A stretch of DNA of 63,396 nucleotides from Ferruginibacter sp. (GTDB lineage: Bacteria; Bacteroidota; Bacteroidia; Chitinophagales; Chitinophagaceae), in contig JAYVJU010000147.1 of NCBI GenBank assembly GCA_043769035.1, positions 1 to 63,396 on the forward strand, read 5' to 3'. The notes beneath the pieces were generated by a model, which worked only from the letters and a program-made list of their open reading frames with translations, did no database searches and was not told the origin of the DNA. The position numbers and the translations under genes were made by a program. Below, piece by piece: positions 1 through 9,777 of the stretch. Each line of letters begins with the position of its first letter. The first letter of the stretch is position 1.

Positions 1-1316
1 TTTTTCATTTCCAACTTTTCGCCGTTACCAATAAACCATCCTTTGATGATCTTGCCTGTTTTATCAATTTCAAATTCAATAAAACGGTCCGATTCATCGG
101 CATAAAAAAACCGGCTGTTCGATTCGGGCTTTAATTCTATATCCGGTGAGCCATCCCGGTGGCGGTATAATTTTCCATTCTTTTTAATGAGTTCGATAGG
201 GCCGGTGGCTATGTATTTGCCCAGGTAATTATCCAGTATGTCGGTATCTATTTTTACTTCTTTTGGAATGTAGGGTATTTGTACCGGCAGGTTAAACATT
301 ATTGATTCTAATGCAATACCTACGGCGGTTGAATTTGATCCGTTGTTAGAAATGAGCACTACACAAAGATCATCATCAGGAAAATAACTGAGGTAAGATG
401 CAAAACCCGGAATACCACCATTGTGAGACACCCGCCTGTGATTTTTTAAACTGTCGATACCAATACCATAGCCATAATTTTCTTTATAAGGCGTTAGCAT
501 TTTTTTAGTTGATGCTGCAGCAAGTACCTGATTATTGTGCAATGCTTTTGTCCACTGGTACAAATCATCAACAGTGGATACCATAGCACCTGCACTGTAC
601 GGGCCTTCCATTGAAATTTGCATGGCTTGCTGCCAAACACCATTCCTGTTTTTGCCATAGCCTTTTGCACGGTAAGCCAAAACAGAATCAAGGTTATCCA
701 TCAATGTGTTTTTGAACCCCAGCTTTTTAATGATGTTATCCAGCAGATAATTATTGAATGTTTTTCCAGATGCTTTTTCAACAATTACACCCAGTAAAAA
801 AAATCCGGAATTACTGTAGTTCCATTTTGTGCCCGGAGAAAAATCAAGCGGTTTATTTTTAAAAAGTGCAATCATCGAATCGGTTGAGAGGGGTAAAATT
901 GCCTTGGGCCAAAACTCGGGCAGGTCGGTATAGTTTTTAATGCCCGATGTATGATTGAGCAGCATATGTACAGTAATGCTGTCGCCTTTGGGATAATCGG
1001 GAATGTATTTACTCAGCTTATCATCAACACTTAGTTTACCCTGCCCGGCCAGTTGCAGAATACAGGCTGCGGTAAACTGTTTGGTAACCGAGCCAATACG
1101 GTATTTTGTTTCAATTGTGTTAGGAACATTCCATTCCCTGTCGGCCATGCCAAAGGCTTTTTTATATATAGATTCCCCTTTTTGCATTACCAGTACCGTG
1201 CCGTTAAATTCTTTTACTTTAAACTCAGCCTGTACATATTCATTCAGCAATTCAGGATAATTTTTTTGTGCCTTTATTGCCAATGGGAATAAAAGAAGCA
1301 GGATAATTTTTTTCAT
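1..1316 (-). CDS. Serine hydrolase, beta-lactamase/AmpC-like family, secreted; runs off the window edge
   Basis: Not in the ORF track; translated by hand from ATG at 1316: MKKIILLLLFPLAIKAQ signal peptide, SVTK (SxxK), YSN and HNGG motifs; frame open to position 1. Confidence 0.88.
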   Translation of the reverse strand, partial: MKKIILLLLFPLAIKAQKNYPELLNEYVQAEFKVKEFNGTVLVMQKGESIYKKAFGMADREWNVPNTIETKYRIGSVTKQFTAACILQLAGQGKLSVDDKLSKYIPDYPKGDSITVHMLLNHTSGIKNYTDLPEFWPKAILPLSTDSMIALFKNKPLDFSPGTKWNYSNSGFFLLGVIVEKASGKTFNNYLLDNIIKKLGFKNTLMDNLDSVLAYRAKGYGKNRNGVWQQAMQISMEGPYSAGAMVSTVDDLYQWTKALHNNQVLAAASTKKMLTPYKENYGYGIGIDSLKNHRRVSHNGGIPGFASYLSYFPDDDLCVVLISNNGSNSTAVGIALESIMFNLPVQIPYIPKEVKIDTDILDNYLGKYIATGPIELIKKNGKLYRHRDGSPDIELKPESNSRFFYADESDRFIEFEIDKTGKIIKGWFIGNGEKLEMK

Positions 1317-1478
1317 AATTATTAATAAATTTAAAGATTGATGTGTTATGTTTGTTTTTTTGTAATTTCCGAAACCCAGACTGTTTGCAAAGGATATTAA
1401 ATCAATCTCATCATTTGTTTATGATGGAATATTAAAAAAAAAGACATCTTTGAATTTTTTTTATTATAAATATAGAAA

Positions 1479-3653
1479 ATGAAGGTACAACTCTCTAATT
1501 ATTTTTTTCTCAGTGCTGTAATCGTACTTGCTTCATGTAAATCTTCCGCAGATAAAAATCAAGGATGGGAAGTGTATGGGGGCAGCAAATCCAATAACCA
1601 TTATTCTGCTTTAACAGAAATTGACACCACCAATGTTTCGCAATTACAGCAGGCCTGGGTGTATCATACCGGTGATGCTGATAGTATGACACAGATAGAG
1701 GTTAACCCGATTATTGTTGACGGGATTCTTTATGGTGTGTCTCCAAAATTAAAATTATTTGCTGCTGATGCGGCAACGGGAAAAGAAAAATGGGTTTTTA
1801 ACCCGGCAGATTCGGCAGCGGCAGGTGCAGGCCGGGGTTACTTTATGATGAATGCCTGCCGTGGAATTACTTACTATGCAGATGGAGATAATGATAAAAG
1901 AATATTTTTTGCAGCAAGTTCACAGCTGTTCTGTATAGATGCTGTTACGGGAAAACCTGTTTCTTCTTTTGGAGACAATGGAAGAATTGATCTGCATAAC
2001 GATTTAGGAAGAGATGTAAAAGATCTTTTTGTAGCTACCACCACTCCGGGAATTATTTATAAAGACATAATTATTATTGGCAGCCGTGTAGATGAAGGGC
2101 CGGCTGCGGCACCGGGACATATAAGAGCATACGATGTGCATACCGGTAAATTGCGCTGGATATTTCATACCATTCCGCAACCCGGAGAAGATGGGTATGA
2201 AACATGGGATGATAAAGAAGCGTATAAACATATTGGCGGTGCTAATGCCTGGGCAGGATTTAGTATGGATGAAGAAAAAGGAATTTTATTTGCGCCAACC
2301 GGTTCTGCATCCTTTGATTTTTACGGTGGCAAAAGACTTGGACAAAATCTTTTTGCAAATTCTGTACTGGCTATTGATGCAGCAACGGGTAAACGCATAT
2401 GGCATTTTCAAACGGTACATCATGATGTTTGGGACAGGGATCTTCCTACGGCACCTGTATTAATTAATATTACAAAAGATGGGAAAAAGATATCAGCTGT
2501 TGCTCAAGCTACTAAAAGCGGATTTATATTTTTATTCGACCGGCTTACTGGCAAACCTATTTATCCGATTGAAGAAAAAGCTGTCCCAACAGAAACAACA
2601 TTGGCAGGTGAAAAACTTTCCCCCACACAGCCCTGGCCAAATTTCCCCAAACCTTTTGCAAAACAGTTATTGACAATAAACGATCTCAACACACTTGTCC
2701 CTGATTCTTCTTACAATGATATTAAGCAAAAATTTTTGTCTTACAAAACAGGATCTCTTTTTACTGCACCTGGTAAAGAAGGTACAATTATTTACCCCGG
2801 CTTTGATGGTGGTGCCGAATGGGGTGGCCCGGCTTATGATCCTGAAACCAGTATCTTTTATATTAATGCCAACCAGGTACCGTGGATACTAACGATGACG
2901 GATGTAAAAAAGAAAACAAACTTTACTGAAACAAATCTGCAGGCAGGGCAGCGGTTGTATAACAGTACCTGTATGTCGTGCCATGGATCCAACAGGGAGG
3001 GAAGTGGTAATAATCCTTCTATTATCGCTGCTGATAAAAAATATTCAGCGCAGCAGTTTACTGATCTAATGAGTTCAGGCAGAAGAATGATGCCAGCTAT
3101 GAATCAGTTAAGCGAAAGTGAAAAAAAAGCGATTGCTTCCTTTGTACTTAATCTTAATTCGGAACAGAAAGAAAAATTTATTGCACCACCTAAAACACAA
3201 GATCCCTATCATAACATTCCTTATACTTTTACAGGGTATAATAAATTTTTAACAAAAGAAGGTTACCCGGCCTCTGCGCCACCCTGGGGAACTTTAAGTG
3301 CTATCAATCTTAATAGCGGAGAAACAGTTTGGAAAATTACACTGGGAGAATATGCGGAATTAAAGGCAAAGGGTATTCCTGCCACCGGAACAGAAAATTA
3401 CGGTGGCCCGGTTGTTACTGCCGGAGGTTTATTATTTATAGCGGCTTCTAAAGATGCTAAGTTCAGGGCATTTAACAAACGAACAGGGCAACTGTTATGG
3501 GAAACTGATTTGCCTGCTCCGGGCTTTGCCACACCGGCTGTTTATAGCGCAGGCGGTAAACAATATGTGGTAATAGCCTGTGGTGGTGGAAAATTAAGAA
3601 CAAAATCTTCAGACACATACATTGCTTTTGCATTACCCGGCAATAATAAATAA
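1479..3653 (+). CDS. PQQ-dependent dehydrogenase lipoprotein with inserted cytochrome c domain
   Basis: Lipobox LASC; PQQ beta-propeller repeats (DAATGKEKW, FQTVHHDVWDRD); CMSCH heme-binding motif. Confidence 0.85.
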   Translation: MKVQLSNYFFLSAVIVLASCKSSADKNQGWEVYGGSKSNNHYSALTEIDTTNVSQLQQAWVYHTGDADSMTQIEVNPIIVDGILYGVSPKLKLFAADAATGKEKWVFNPADSAAAGAGRGYFMMNACRGITYYADGDNDKRIFFAASSQLFCIDAVTGKPVSSFGDNGRIDLHNDLGRDVKDLFVATTTPGIIYKDIIIIGSRVDEGPAAAPGHIRAYDVHTGKLRWIFHTIPQPGEDGYETWDDKEAYKHIGGANAWAGFSMDEEKGILFAPTGSASFDFYGGKRLGQNLFANSVLAIDAATGKRIWHFQTVHHDVWDRDLPTAPVLINITKDGKKISAVAQATKSGFIFLFDRLTGKPIYPIEEKAVPTETTLAGEKLSPTQPWPNFPKPFAKQLLTINDLNTLVPDSSYNDIKQKFLSYKTGSLFTAPGKEGTIIYPGFDGGAEWGGPAYDPETSIFYINANQVPWILTMTDVKKKTNFTETNLQAGQRLYNSTCMSCHGSNREGSGNNPSIIAADKKYSAQQFTDLMSSGRRMMPAMNQLSESEKKAIASFVLNLNSEQKEKFIAPPKTQDPYHNIPYTFTGYNKFLTKEGYPASAPPWGTLSAINLNSGETVWKITLGEYAELKAKGIPATGTENYGGPVVTAGGLLFIAASKDAKFRAFNKRTGQLLWETDLPAPGFATPAVYSAGGKQYVVIACGGGKLRTKSSDTYIAFALPGNNK

Positions 3654-3701
3654 CTGTAACTAAAGTAAACCAGTTATTCTTTTTGCTTTTAGCAGTTGAT
3701 T

Positions 3702-3768
3702 CGTCCCAGTGGGGTTTTCGCACAAAATACTTTTATTATCATAGCAGCATGCAGTGAAAACCCCGCTG
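3702..3768. repeat. REP/MITE-like inverted repeat, single unit
   Basis: CAGTGGGGTTTTCGC ... GTGAAAACCCCGCTG arms; homologous to 5113-5320. Confidence 0.75.
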
Positions 3769-3851
3769 AAAAAAAATACCCAGCAACACGGAGTTTTCAG
3801 GAAGTCTTATTTTTTACTTTTAATCTTTGTAAATCTTAAATCAAAATTTAA

Positions 3852-4997
3852 ATGACTATTCCTGCCAAATTTTATTGCCTTTCAATCTTTACGTTGGCCA
3901 TGCTTGTTTCATGTAATGAAAATGCCGGCAATTCAGCGGATAAAACTAAAAGTGACCCAAAAGTTATCACTGCTGTTGTGCCAGTATCTGATGCGGAAAT
4001 AACGGCAAAATTAAAAGTGCTGTTGAAAGGAAAGTATGATAATGTATGGGATTATAAAGAGGGAATGATAGCAGTGTCAAAGGCTGATAAATATGGGTTT
4101 TGCGACAGTGCCGGAAAAGAGGTGATTCCCTTTATTTATGATGGACCAGCCGAATTCAACGAAGGTGCTGCGGCAGTAAAAAAAGAAGGCAAATACGGAT
4201 TTATTGATAAAACAGGGAAAGAACTTTTCCCTTTCAGGCCTTACGATTATATAGGTGGATTTGAAAATGGCTTATCTGCATTTCGTATAATTAAAGGAGG
4301 GAAAGAATTATATGGCTTTGTTGATAAATCCGGCATTGAAGTAATACCAGCTGTGTATGATGATCTGGAAGTATCCTGGTTTAAGAATGGAAATGCTATC
4401 GTTAAAAAAAATGGCAAGTATGGAAGTATCAATAAACAAAATGTTGTGATAATTCCATTTGAATATGAAAGTATAAATGATTTTACCAGCGGAATAACTA
4501 CAGCAAAAAAAGCCGGTAAATGGGGAGTAATAGATACTGCCAATAAAGTAATGGTTCCTTTTACGATGGATTACGAAACGGTTTATGAATTTAACAGCGG
4601 TTATGCATATGTAGAAAAAAATGATACAAAGGGTTATATTGGTATCAACGGAAAACAAGCTTTTACTGATATTAAATTCAGTGAGGCTTTTCCTTTTGGA
4701 AAAGATGGCTATGCAGTAGTTTGTGAAAAAAACGGGAAGAGATATTTATTAAATGCCAATGGAAGTACTTTGTTTAAAGGCTCTGTGTTTACCGACATTA
4801 ACAAGCTCGAAGATAATACCTACTTAGTTACTCAGGATAGCGTACAGGGTATTGTAGACAAGGCCGGAAAAGTTTTATTACCAATAAATTATACTAGTAT
4901 TTTACAATTGGGTAATAATTTTCTGCTGGTATCAAAAGATGGTAAGCGATATTATGCCAATTATAAAGGAGAGAAAGTAGCGGATTATGTTGAATGA
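3852..4997 (+). CDS. WG (KWG)-repeat lipoprotein
   Basis: Lipobox LVSC; repeated KYGFIDKTGKE / KWGVID units. Confidence 0.88.
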   Translation: MTIPAKFYCLSIFTLAMLVSCNENAGNSADKTKSDPKVITAVVPVSDAEITAKLKVLLKGKYDNVWDYKEGMIAVSKADKYGFCDSAGKEVIPFIYDGPAEFNEGAAAVKKEGKYGFIDKTGKELFPFRPYDYIGGFENGLSAFRIIKGGKELYGFVDKSGIEVIPAVYDDLEVSWFKNGNAIVKKNGKYGSINKQNVVIIPFEYESINDFTSGITTAKKAGKWGVIDTANKVMVPFTMDYETVYEFNSGYAYVEKNDTKGYIGINGKQAFTDIKFSEAFPFGKDGYAVVCEKNGKRYLLNANGSTLFKGSVFTDINKLEDNTYLVTQDSVQGIVDKAGKVLLPINYTSILQLGNNFLLVSKDGKRYYANYKGEKVADYVE

Positions 4998-5021
4998 AAT
5001 ACTGCGATAATAGATAATTTG

Positions 5022-5049
5022 TAAGTCTCCGTTTTATAATGGAGGCTTA
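5022..5049 (+). terminator. Probable hairpin terminator
   Basis: TAAGTCTCC...GGAGGCTTA stem just after the WG-repeat gene. Confidence 0.5.
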
Positions 5050-5112
5050 TAGTATTACTTTGTGGTACTTTAAAATTGTACATCTGTAAGAGATCACCAT
5101 TTAAAAAAAATC

Positions 5113-5320
5113 GTCCCAGCGGGGTTTTCGCACAAATACTATTTTAATAAAAAGTTGTAACTGCGAAACCCCGCTGCTATAGGCTCTTTACATTATTATA
5201 CAGCCACTGTTTAAAATTGCAAAAGTGGCCGCATTATAATACAACCACTTTTCAGCAGCGGGGTTTCACTCAAGATATTTTTATTATTGTTGCAGCATGC
5301 GGTGAAAACCCCGCTGGGAC
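5113..5320. repeat. REP/MITE-like element with 17-bp terminal inverted repeats and two internal hairpin units
   Basis: GTCCCAGCGGGGTTTTC at 5113 and GAAAACCCCGCTGGGAC ending 5320; inner arms near 5164-5178 and 5254-5268. Confidence 0.8.
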
Positions 5321-5418
5321 AAAAGATCGAAGCGAACGTTTAGTGAGACACTAGCCGAACTAGCCGAGGTAGAGGACAAATGTTCCGTTTCGTATGCCAC
5401 GACCGGGGCGAAGTGTAT

Positions 5419-6246
5419 TTATTGTTCAAAATTAAATCTGTCATGCTCTTTATTGTACTTTATCCAAACCAAATTGTATCCATTAGCTTTTGAAGGGTGC
5501 TTAATTTGAAATAAATCTGTCCCTGTTGATTCAATAAGTTCAGTCCTATGTTTGTGTGTCAAGCTTAATAAATGGTACGAAAGCAAGGCCGAATAAACAA
5601 ATCTTTTGCTCCAATCGTCAAATGAAATTTCTTGCAATTCCCAAGGTTGTCCATTGAAGTTGTCAAGTAGTATTCGTCTTTTCCCATTCATTGGGTCAAA
5701 AAAATACTCTGCGTGTGCGAAGGCATTTCTTAAAGATGTATGAAATCCATTTTTTATTATCTTAAACAAGTTGTTTCCATTGTCTCCAAATATTTTTCTA
5801 ATATCATTCCTTATAAAATCATGTTTACCCATATCAGGTATATTAACTTCCCAAATGTATTGTTCGCCATTGCTTTGGTGTGCTAATCTATATAATTTTT
5901 TTAGAAATGGTTTTGCTTCCCAAATGTGTGAGTAAACCATTAGTTCCATGTGTAGCCTCTGCTGATTATCGTCAGTAGCTGTTTGACTTGATGGGAATGC
6001 GTAAAAGGTGGAAAGAAAATCAGACAAGAATTCTAGTCGTGATGCATCTTTATAACGGTCCATTCTGTAGTCAATTACGTTAGGGTTAAGCTTTAATGAC
6101 GATTTTTCATATTCTTTTTTGTATTCTCCGTCTGCCAAGAAAAGGGCATAGTCATTTTGATTCGCTGCTCTTAAGTCGTTAAGGGTGTCGTCAATACTTT
6201 TTTTAATTTCAGTATCTATTGCTGCAAATTCTGTTCTTATTATCAT
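5419..6246 (-). CDS. Hypothetical protein with HEPN-like RxxxxH motif
   Basis: 275-aa ORF with LRNAFAH; no signal peptide; unrelated to neighbours. Confidence 0.6.
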   Translation of the reverse strand: MIIRTEFAAIDTEIKKSIDDTLNDLRAANQNDYALFLADGEYKKEYEKSSLKLNPNVIDYRMDRYKDASRLEFLSDFLSTFYAFPSSQTATDDNQQRLHMELMVYSHIWEAKPFLKKLYRLAHQSNGEQYIWEVNIPDMGKHDFIRNDIRKIFGDNGNNLFKIIKNGFHTSLRNAFAHAEYFFDPMNGKRRILLDNFNGQPWELQEISFDDWSKRFVYSALLSYHLLSLTHKHRTELIESTGTDLFQIKHPSKANGYNLVWIKYNKEHDRFNFEQ

Positions 6247-6348
6247 GTCGGTTGTTTAATATATTAGCTAAAATCTATCCTAACACAACTACAATACAAA
6301 AACTTATTGCTTATGAATTTAAACCTGTACCAATAAAATTGTAATCCA

Positions 6349-7008
6349 TTACAACGGTAAGGTAAGCCCTGTTATTAACGACAGCACATTAGTTTTAATC
6401 GTACTGATGTAAGGGGGTGTAGTTTTATTGGTATTCACCAATCCGTAATTATCATGAATGACAATAACTAATTTTAGTTTTTGTCGCAAGGGAATTTGAA
6501 TGCCGGCATTTGCAGCAATCCCAAAGTTGAAAGACTTGGTACTGCTGGATGTCGATTTAGTACTGCTTGTAGTGGGTTCTTTTATTTTAACAATGAAGTG
6601 GTTGCTAAGCAGTAATCCTAAAAATACTCCGGTGCCCATAGTGAATCTGATTTTTTTTCCGGTAGTATAAGTGGCCAGTAATGGCAGGTTCAGGTAATTT
6701 TTTTTAATCAACATGTCGCCTTTGTCTAATCCACCACCACTGGCAGAAGCAAAACTGAGGTTACGGTAACTCCATCCATTTTGGTCGTATTGCGGCATAG
6801 CAGTAATACCAACATGATTACTCAGGTTGTATTGGATATGACCACCGATACCAACTCCGGTTAAAGTACTTTTATAGTCTTTGCTCACTGCATTGCCATA
6901 AGCTGAATTGATATTAATACCGGCCTGAAAGCCATATTCCCAGCTATGTTTTTGAGCATTGCTTTTAATGGTAATCAGTATAAGAGTTGCGATAAGATAT
7001 CTTTTCAT
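6349..7008 (-). CDS. Outer-membrane beta-barrel (porin-family/PorT-like) protein
   Basis: Start moved to ATG 7008 (MKRYLIATLILITIKSNAQ signal peptide); YGFQAGINI and YLNLPLL strand motifs. Confidence 0.75.
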   Translation of the reverse strand: MKRYLIATLILITIKSNAQKHSWEYGFQAGININSAYGNAVSKDYKSTLTGVGIGGHIQYNLSNHVGITAMPQYDQNGWSYRNLSFASASGGGLDKGDMLIKKNYLNLPLLATYTTGKKIRFTMGTGVFLGLLLSNHFIVKIKEPTTSSTKSTSSSTKSFNFGIAANAGIQIPLRQKLKLVIVIHDNYGLVNTNKTTPPYISTIKTNVLSLITGLTLPL

Positions 7009-7096
7009 AACGGAGCGTTTAGGCAAATGACAATATGAATTAATACAGCGTTGTATGGAAATATAAAGCTATATAAAATCATTGTAAAGGCAAGTA

Positions 7097-7126
7097 ATAA
7101 AAAGGCCTTCATTACGAAGGCTCTTT
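7097..7126 (-). terminator. Intrinsic terminator after YhcH-family gene
   Basis: GCCTTC/GAAGGC stem followed by a T-run on the minus strand. Confidence 0.6.
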
Positions 7127-7128
7127 AT

Positions 7129-7584
7129 TTATATCTTAACTTTTATCACCAGTTTTCGTATCGAATCATCATCAGCGGCAATCATGGGGGCATGCACATC
7201 TTCGGGAAAGAAAATAGCAAACTGCCCATTGGTTAAACCAAAATACATATCGGGTACATCGTTGTAAAAGCTTACATCTTTTTCAGCATTGTATTCGCCT
7301 TTAGGTGCAGTACAATTGTTACGTGGTTTCCAGCCAATAGTTTCTTTACCGTTGATGCACAATTGAATGTCGATATTTTTATCGTGGCATTCAAACTTGG
7401 CAATAGATTCTGCTGCACTCATTCCTGCTTTATCGGAAAAGATGGCTTTTAATCCTTCTGCAATATCGTACTTACCAATTTCTATATTAGCAAGGTCGGT
7501 GGCAGCAATGTATTCAAATGCTTTTGCAAACAAGGGATGTATGCTGCTGTATTTTGAAGCGTTGGCTAATGTATCTACTATCAT
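7129..7584 (-). CDS. YhcH/YjgK/YiaL (DUF386) family protein
   Basis: MIVDTL start, FECHDKNIDIQ and FAIFFPEDVHAP motifs; downstream of kdgK. Confidence 0.9.
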   Translation of the reverse strand: MIVDTLANASKYSSIHPLFAKAFEYIAATDLANIEIGKYDIAEGLKAIFSDKAGMSAAESIAKFECHDKNIDIQLCINGKETIGWKPRNNCTAPKGEYNAEKDVSFYNDVPDMYFGLTNGQFAIFFPEDVHAPMIAADDDSIRKLVIKVKI

Positions 7585-7588
7585 AGTT

Positions 7589-7617
7589 GCCCCTGTCTCC
7601 GCCAGCTGGCGGAGAAC
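7589..7617. repeat. REP-like palindrome (GCCCCTGTC-hairpin-GAAC), long-hairpin variant
   Basis: Perfect 20-bp palindrome TCTCCGCCAGCTGGCGGAGA at 7596-7615; second copy at 16189-16218. Confidence 0.8.
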
Positions 7618-7812
7618 TTAGTTTTAAAGGTTATAAAATTATCGAAGCTTCTTTTATTTGTAAAACTTCGAATTGAATTTGTTGAATAAAGAACTAAAAG
7701 TACAAGTGTGCAACGCCAATGAAGTACAAAAGAATTACTAATGATCGTCCCCAAAAACTAAAGTAACAATAATAAAAGACGAACAGATAAATCAAATGAA
7801 GTAACAACCCAA

Positions 7813-7835
7813 GTTCCCCTTTAGGGGACAGGGGC
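7813..7835. repeat. REP-like palindrome, short-hairpin variant, inverted partner of 7589-7617
   Basis: GTTCCCCTTTAGGGGACAGGGGC; related copies at 13519, 13651, 16263. Confidence 0.8.
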
Positions 7836-7837
7836 TT

Positions 7838-8863
7838 TTACCGCTGCACCCTTCCACTACCATCACCCTTCATCAATTCTTTTACATCGCTTAAAGTAGC
7901 ATGGTTTAAATCGCCGGGGATAGTGTGTTTTAAAGCGGAAGCGGCAACGCCGAATTCGGCAGCATCAACAGTGCTCATACCGGTAACAAGGCCATAAATT
8001 AAACCGCTGGCAAAACTGTCGCCGCTGCCCACACGGTCAATAATACGTACGCTGTATTTTTTGGTATGATGAAAAGCTTTGCCATCATATACCAGTGCAC
8101 TCCAGCCATTATCACTGGCACTGTAGCTTTCTCTTAATGAAGAAGCAATGAATTTAAAATTGAATTTCGCCTGCATCTGGTTAAATACATCTTTGTAACC
8201 ATCAAGGTTTAATTCGCCTTTGGTAATATCGCTGTGTGCAGCTTTAAAACCCAAACAGGTCTCTGCATCTTCTTCATTACCGATACACACATCAACAAAC
8301 TGGCACAGTTCGCTCATTACTTTTTGTGCTTTTTCTTTACTCCACAATTTTTTACGGTAGTTTAAATCGATACTGGTGGTAATGCCTTTTGCTTTGGCAG
8401 CTTTTAATGCAGCCATGGTAAGTGCAGCAGCTTTATCGCTTAATGCAGGTGTAATACCGGTGGTATGAAACCAGTCGGCACCTTCTAAAATTTTATCAAA
8501 ATCAAATTCGCTGATGTCAACATCGGCAATTGAAGCACCTGCACGGTCATACACCACCTGCGATGCTCTCATACTTGCACCGGTTTCTAAAAAGTAAATG
8601 CCCAGCCTGTCGCCACCACGTGCTATGTATTGTGTATCCACACCATAACGGCGCAAATGGTTTATTGCCGACTGGCCAATAGGATTGTTGGGTACTTTGG
8701 TAACAAAGGTTCCGTTTTCTCCGTAATTGCAAATAGCAGCAGCCACATTGGCTTCGCCACCACCATAAGTAACATCAAATGTATCGGCTTGTACAAAACG
8801 TTTGTAATCCGGCGTAGATAAACGCAACATAATTTCTCCGAGAGTAACAACTTTTTTTGGCAT
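7838..8863 (-). CDS. kdgK: 2-keto-3-deoxygluconate kinase (PfkB family)
   Basis: GEIMLRLS, GGGEANVA, DRVGSGDSF motifs; divergent from eda. Confidence 0.92.
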   Translation of the reverse strand: MPKKVVTLGEIMLRLSTPDYKRFVQADTFDVTYGGGEANVAAAICNYGENGTFVTKVPNNPIGQSAINHLRRYGVDTQYIARGGDRLGIYFLETGASMRASQVVYDRAGASIADVDISEFDFDKILEGADWFHTTGITPALSDKAAALTMAALKAAKAKGITTSIDLNYRKKLWSKEKAQKVMSELCQFVDVCIGNEEDAETCLGFKAAHSDITKGELNLDGYKDVFNQMQAKFNFKFIASSLRESYSASDNGWSALVYDGKAFHHTKKYSVRIIDRVGSGDSFASGLIYGLVTGMSTVDAAEFGVAASALKHTIPGDLNHATLSDVKELMKGDGSGRVQR

Positions 8864-8966
8864 CGTTAAAATATTAAAAGCGGGTTATAAATAAATATAG
8901 TGAGGGGTCAAAGATGATTATAAATTGCCTAACAAGCAAGGAATTAGCAGGATATTTACACATAAA

Positions 8967-8990
8967 ATTTACGGAAACGTTCCCGTAAAT
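8967..8990. promoter_or_regulatory. LacI-family operator candidate
   Basis: Near-palindrome ATTTACGGAAACGTTCCCGTAAAT with central AAnCGnTT between divergent kdgK and eda. Confidence 0.65.
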
Positions 8991-9059
8991 AATTATTCAG
9001 CCATTTACGCTTTCATTACAAATTTGTTGTTACTTTCATCTTTTAAAACATTTTATAAA

Positions 9060-9722
9060 ATGGCAAGCAAAGAAGAAATATTAAACGGCATAATTGAACA
9101 GGGTTTTTTACCCTTGTATTTTAATAAAGATACACAGGTAAGTATTGACCTGATGAAGACCTTGTATAAGTGCGGAGTAAAATCGCTGGAGTACACCAAC
9201 CGTGGCGATGATGCCCTGCAGAATTTTAAAGCCATGAAGGCCGTACGTGATGCAGAATTACCCGGCATGGCTTTGGGTGTGGGTACTATTAAGAATACAA
9301 AAGATGCACAGGCCTTTATTGATGCAGGTGCCGATTTTTTAATTGGTCCGGGTTACGAGCAGGGTGTTGCAGACCTGGCTAAGCAAAAAGATATATTTTA
9401 TTCGCCGGGTTGTATGACGCCAAGTGAGATTATTACAGCAGAGAATAATGGCATACAACTGGTGAAATTATTTCCGGGTAATATTTTAGGGCCGGAGTTT
9501 ATGGCGGGTATTAAAGAAGTATTCCGTAATTTGAAGTTTATGCCTACCGGCGGTGTTGATCTTGACCTGGGTAATTTATCGGCCTGGTTTACTGCTGGTG
9601 TTTGTGCAGTAGGTATGGGCAGTAAATTAATTACTAAAAAAATAATGGAAGACAAAGATTACGCTACACTGGAAACAAAAATTAAACAATGCTTTGACCT
9701 GGTTAAGGAAGCAAGGAAATAA
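9060..9722 (+). CDS. eda: KDPG/KHG aldolase
   Basis: Start moved to ATG 9060 (MASKEEIL); EYTNRG, GCMTPSEI, VKLFPG, MPTGGV motifs. Confidence 0.92.
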   Translation: MASKEEILNGIIEQGFLPLYFNKDTQVSIDLMKTLYKCGVKSLEYTNRGDDALQNFKAMKAVRDAELPGMALGVGTIKNTKDAQAFIDAGADFLIGPGYEQGVADLAKQKDIFYSPGCMTPSEIITAENNGIQLVKLFPGNILGPEFMAGIKEVFRNLKFMPTGGVDLDLGNLSAWFTAGVCAVGMGSKLITKKIMEDKDYATLETKIKQCFDLVKEARK

Positions 9723-9734
9723 TATTATATCTTC

Positions 9735-9766
9735 AGCCACCAGCTAACTGGTGGCTTTATCTTTTT
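9735..9766 (+). terminator. Hairpin / terminator between eda and MFS gene
   Basis: AGCCACCAG-CTAA-CTGGTGGCT followed by a T-rich tract. Confidence 0.55.
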
Positions 9767-9777
9767 AAACAACGATT

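Noticed and set aside
494-1292. Short track ORFs 494-691, 1003-1260, 1053-1292
   Set aside because: Shadow frames of the minus-strand serine hydrolase, which the track omitted because it has no stop in the window.
1-1316. Calling the serine hydrolase an antibiotic-resistance beta-lactamase
   Set aside because: The family includes many peptidases and esterases, and motifs alone do not show beta-lactam hydrolysis.
8925-9059. N-terminal extensions in the track for eda (also for the ORFs at 32422, 44361, 7026 and 54550)
   Set aside because: They cover operators or upstream genes; downstream starts give family-typical N-termini or signal peptides.
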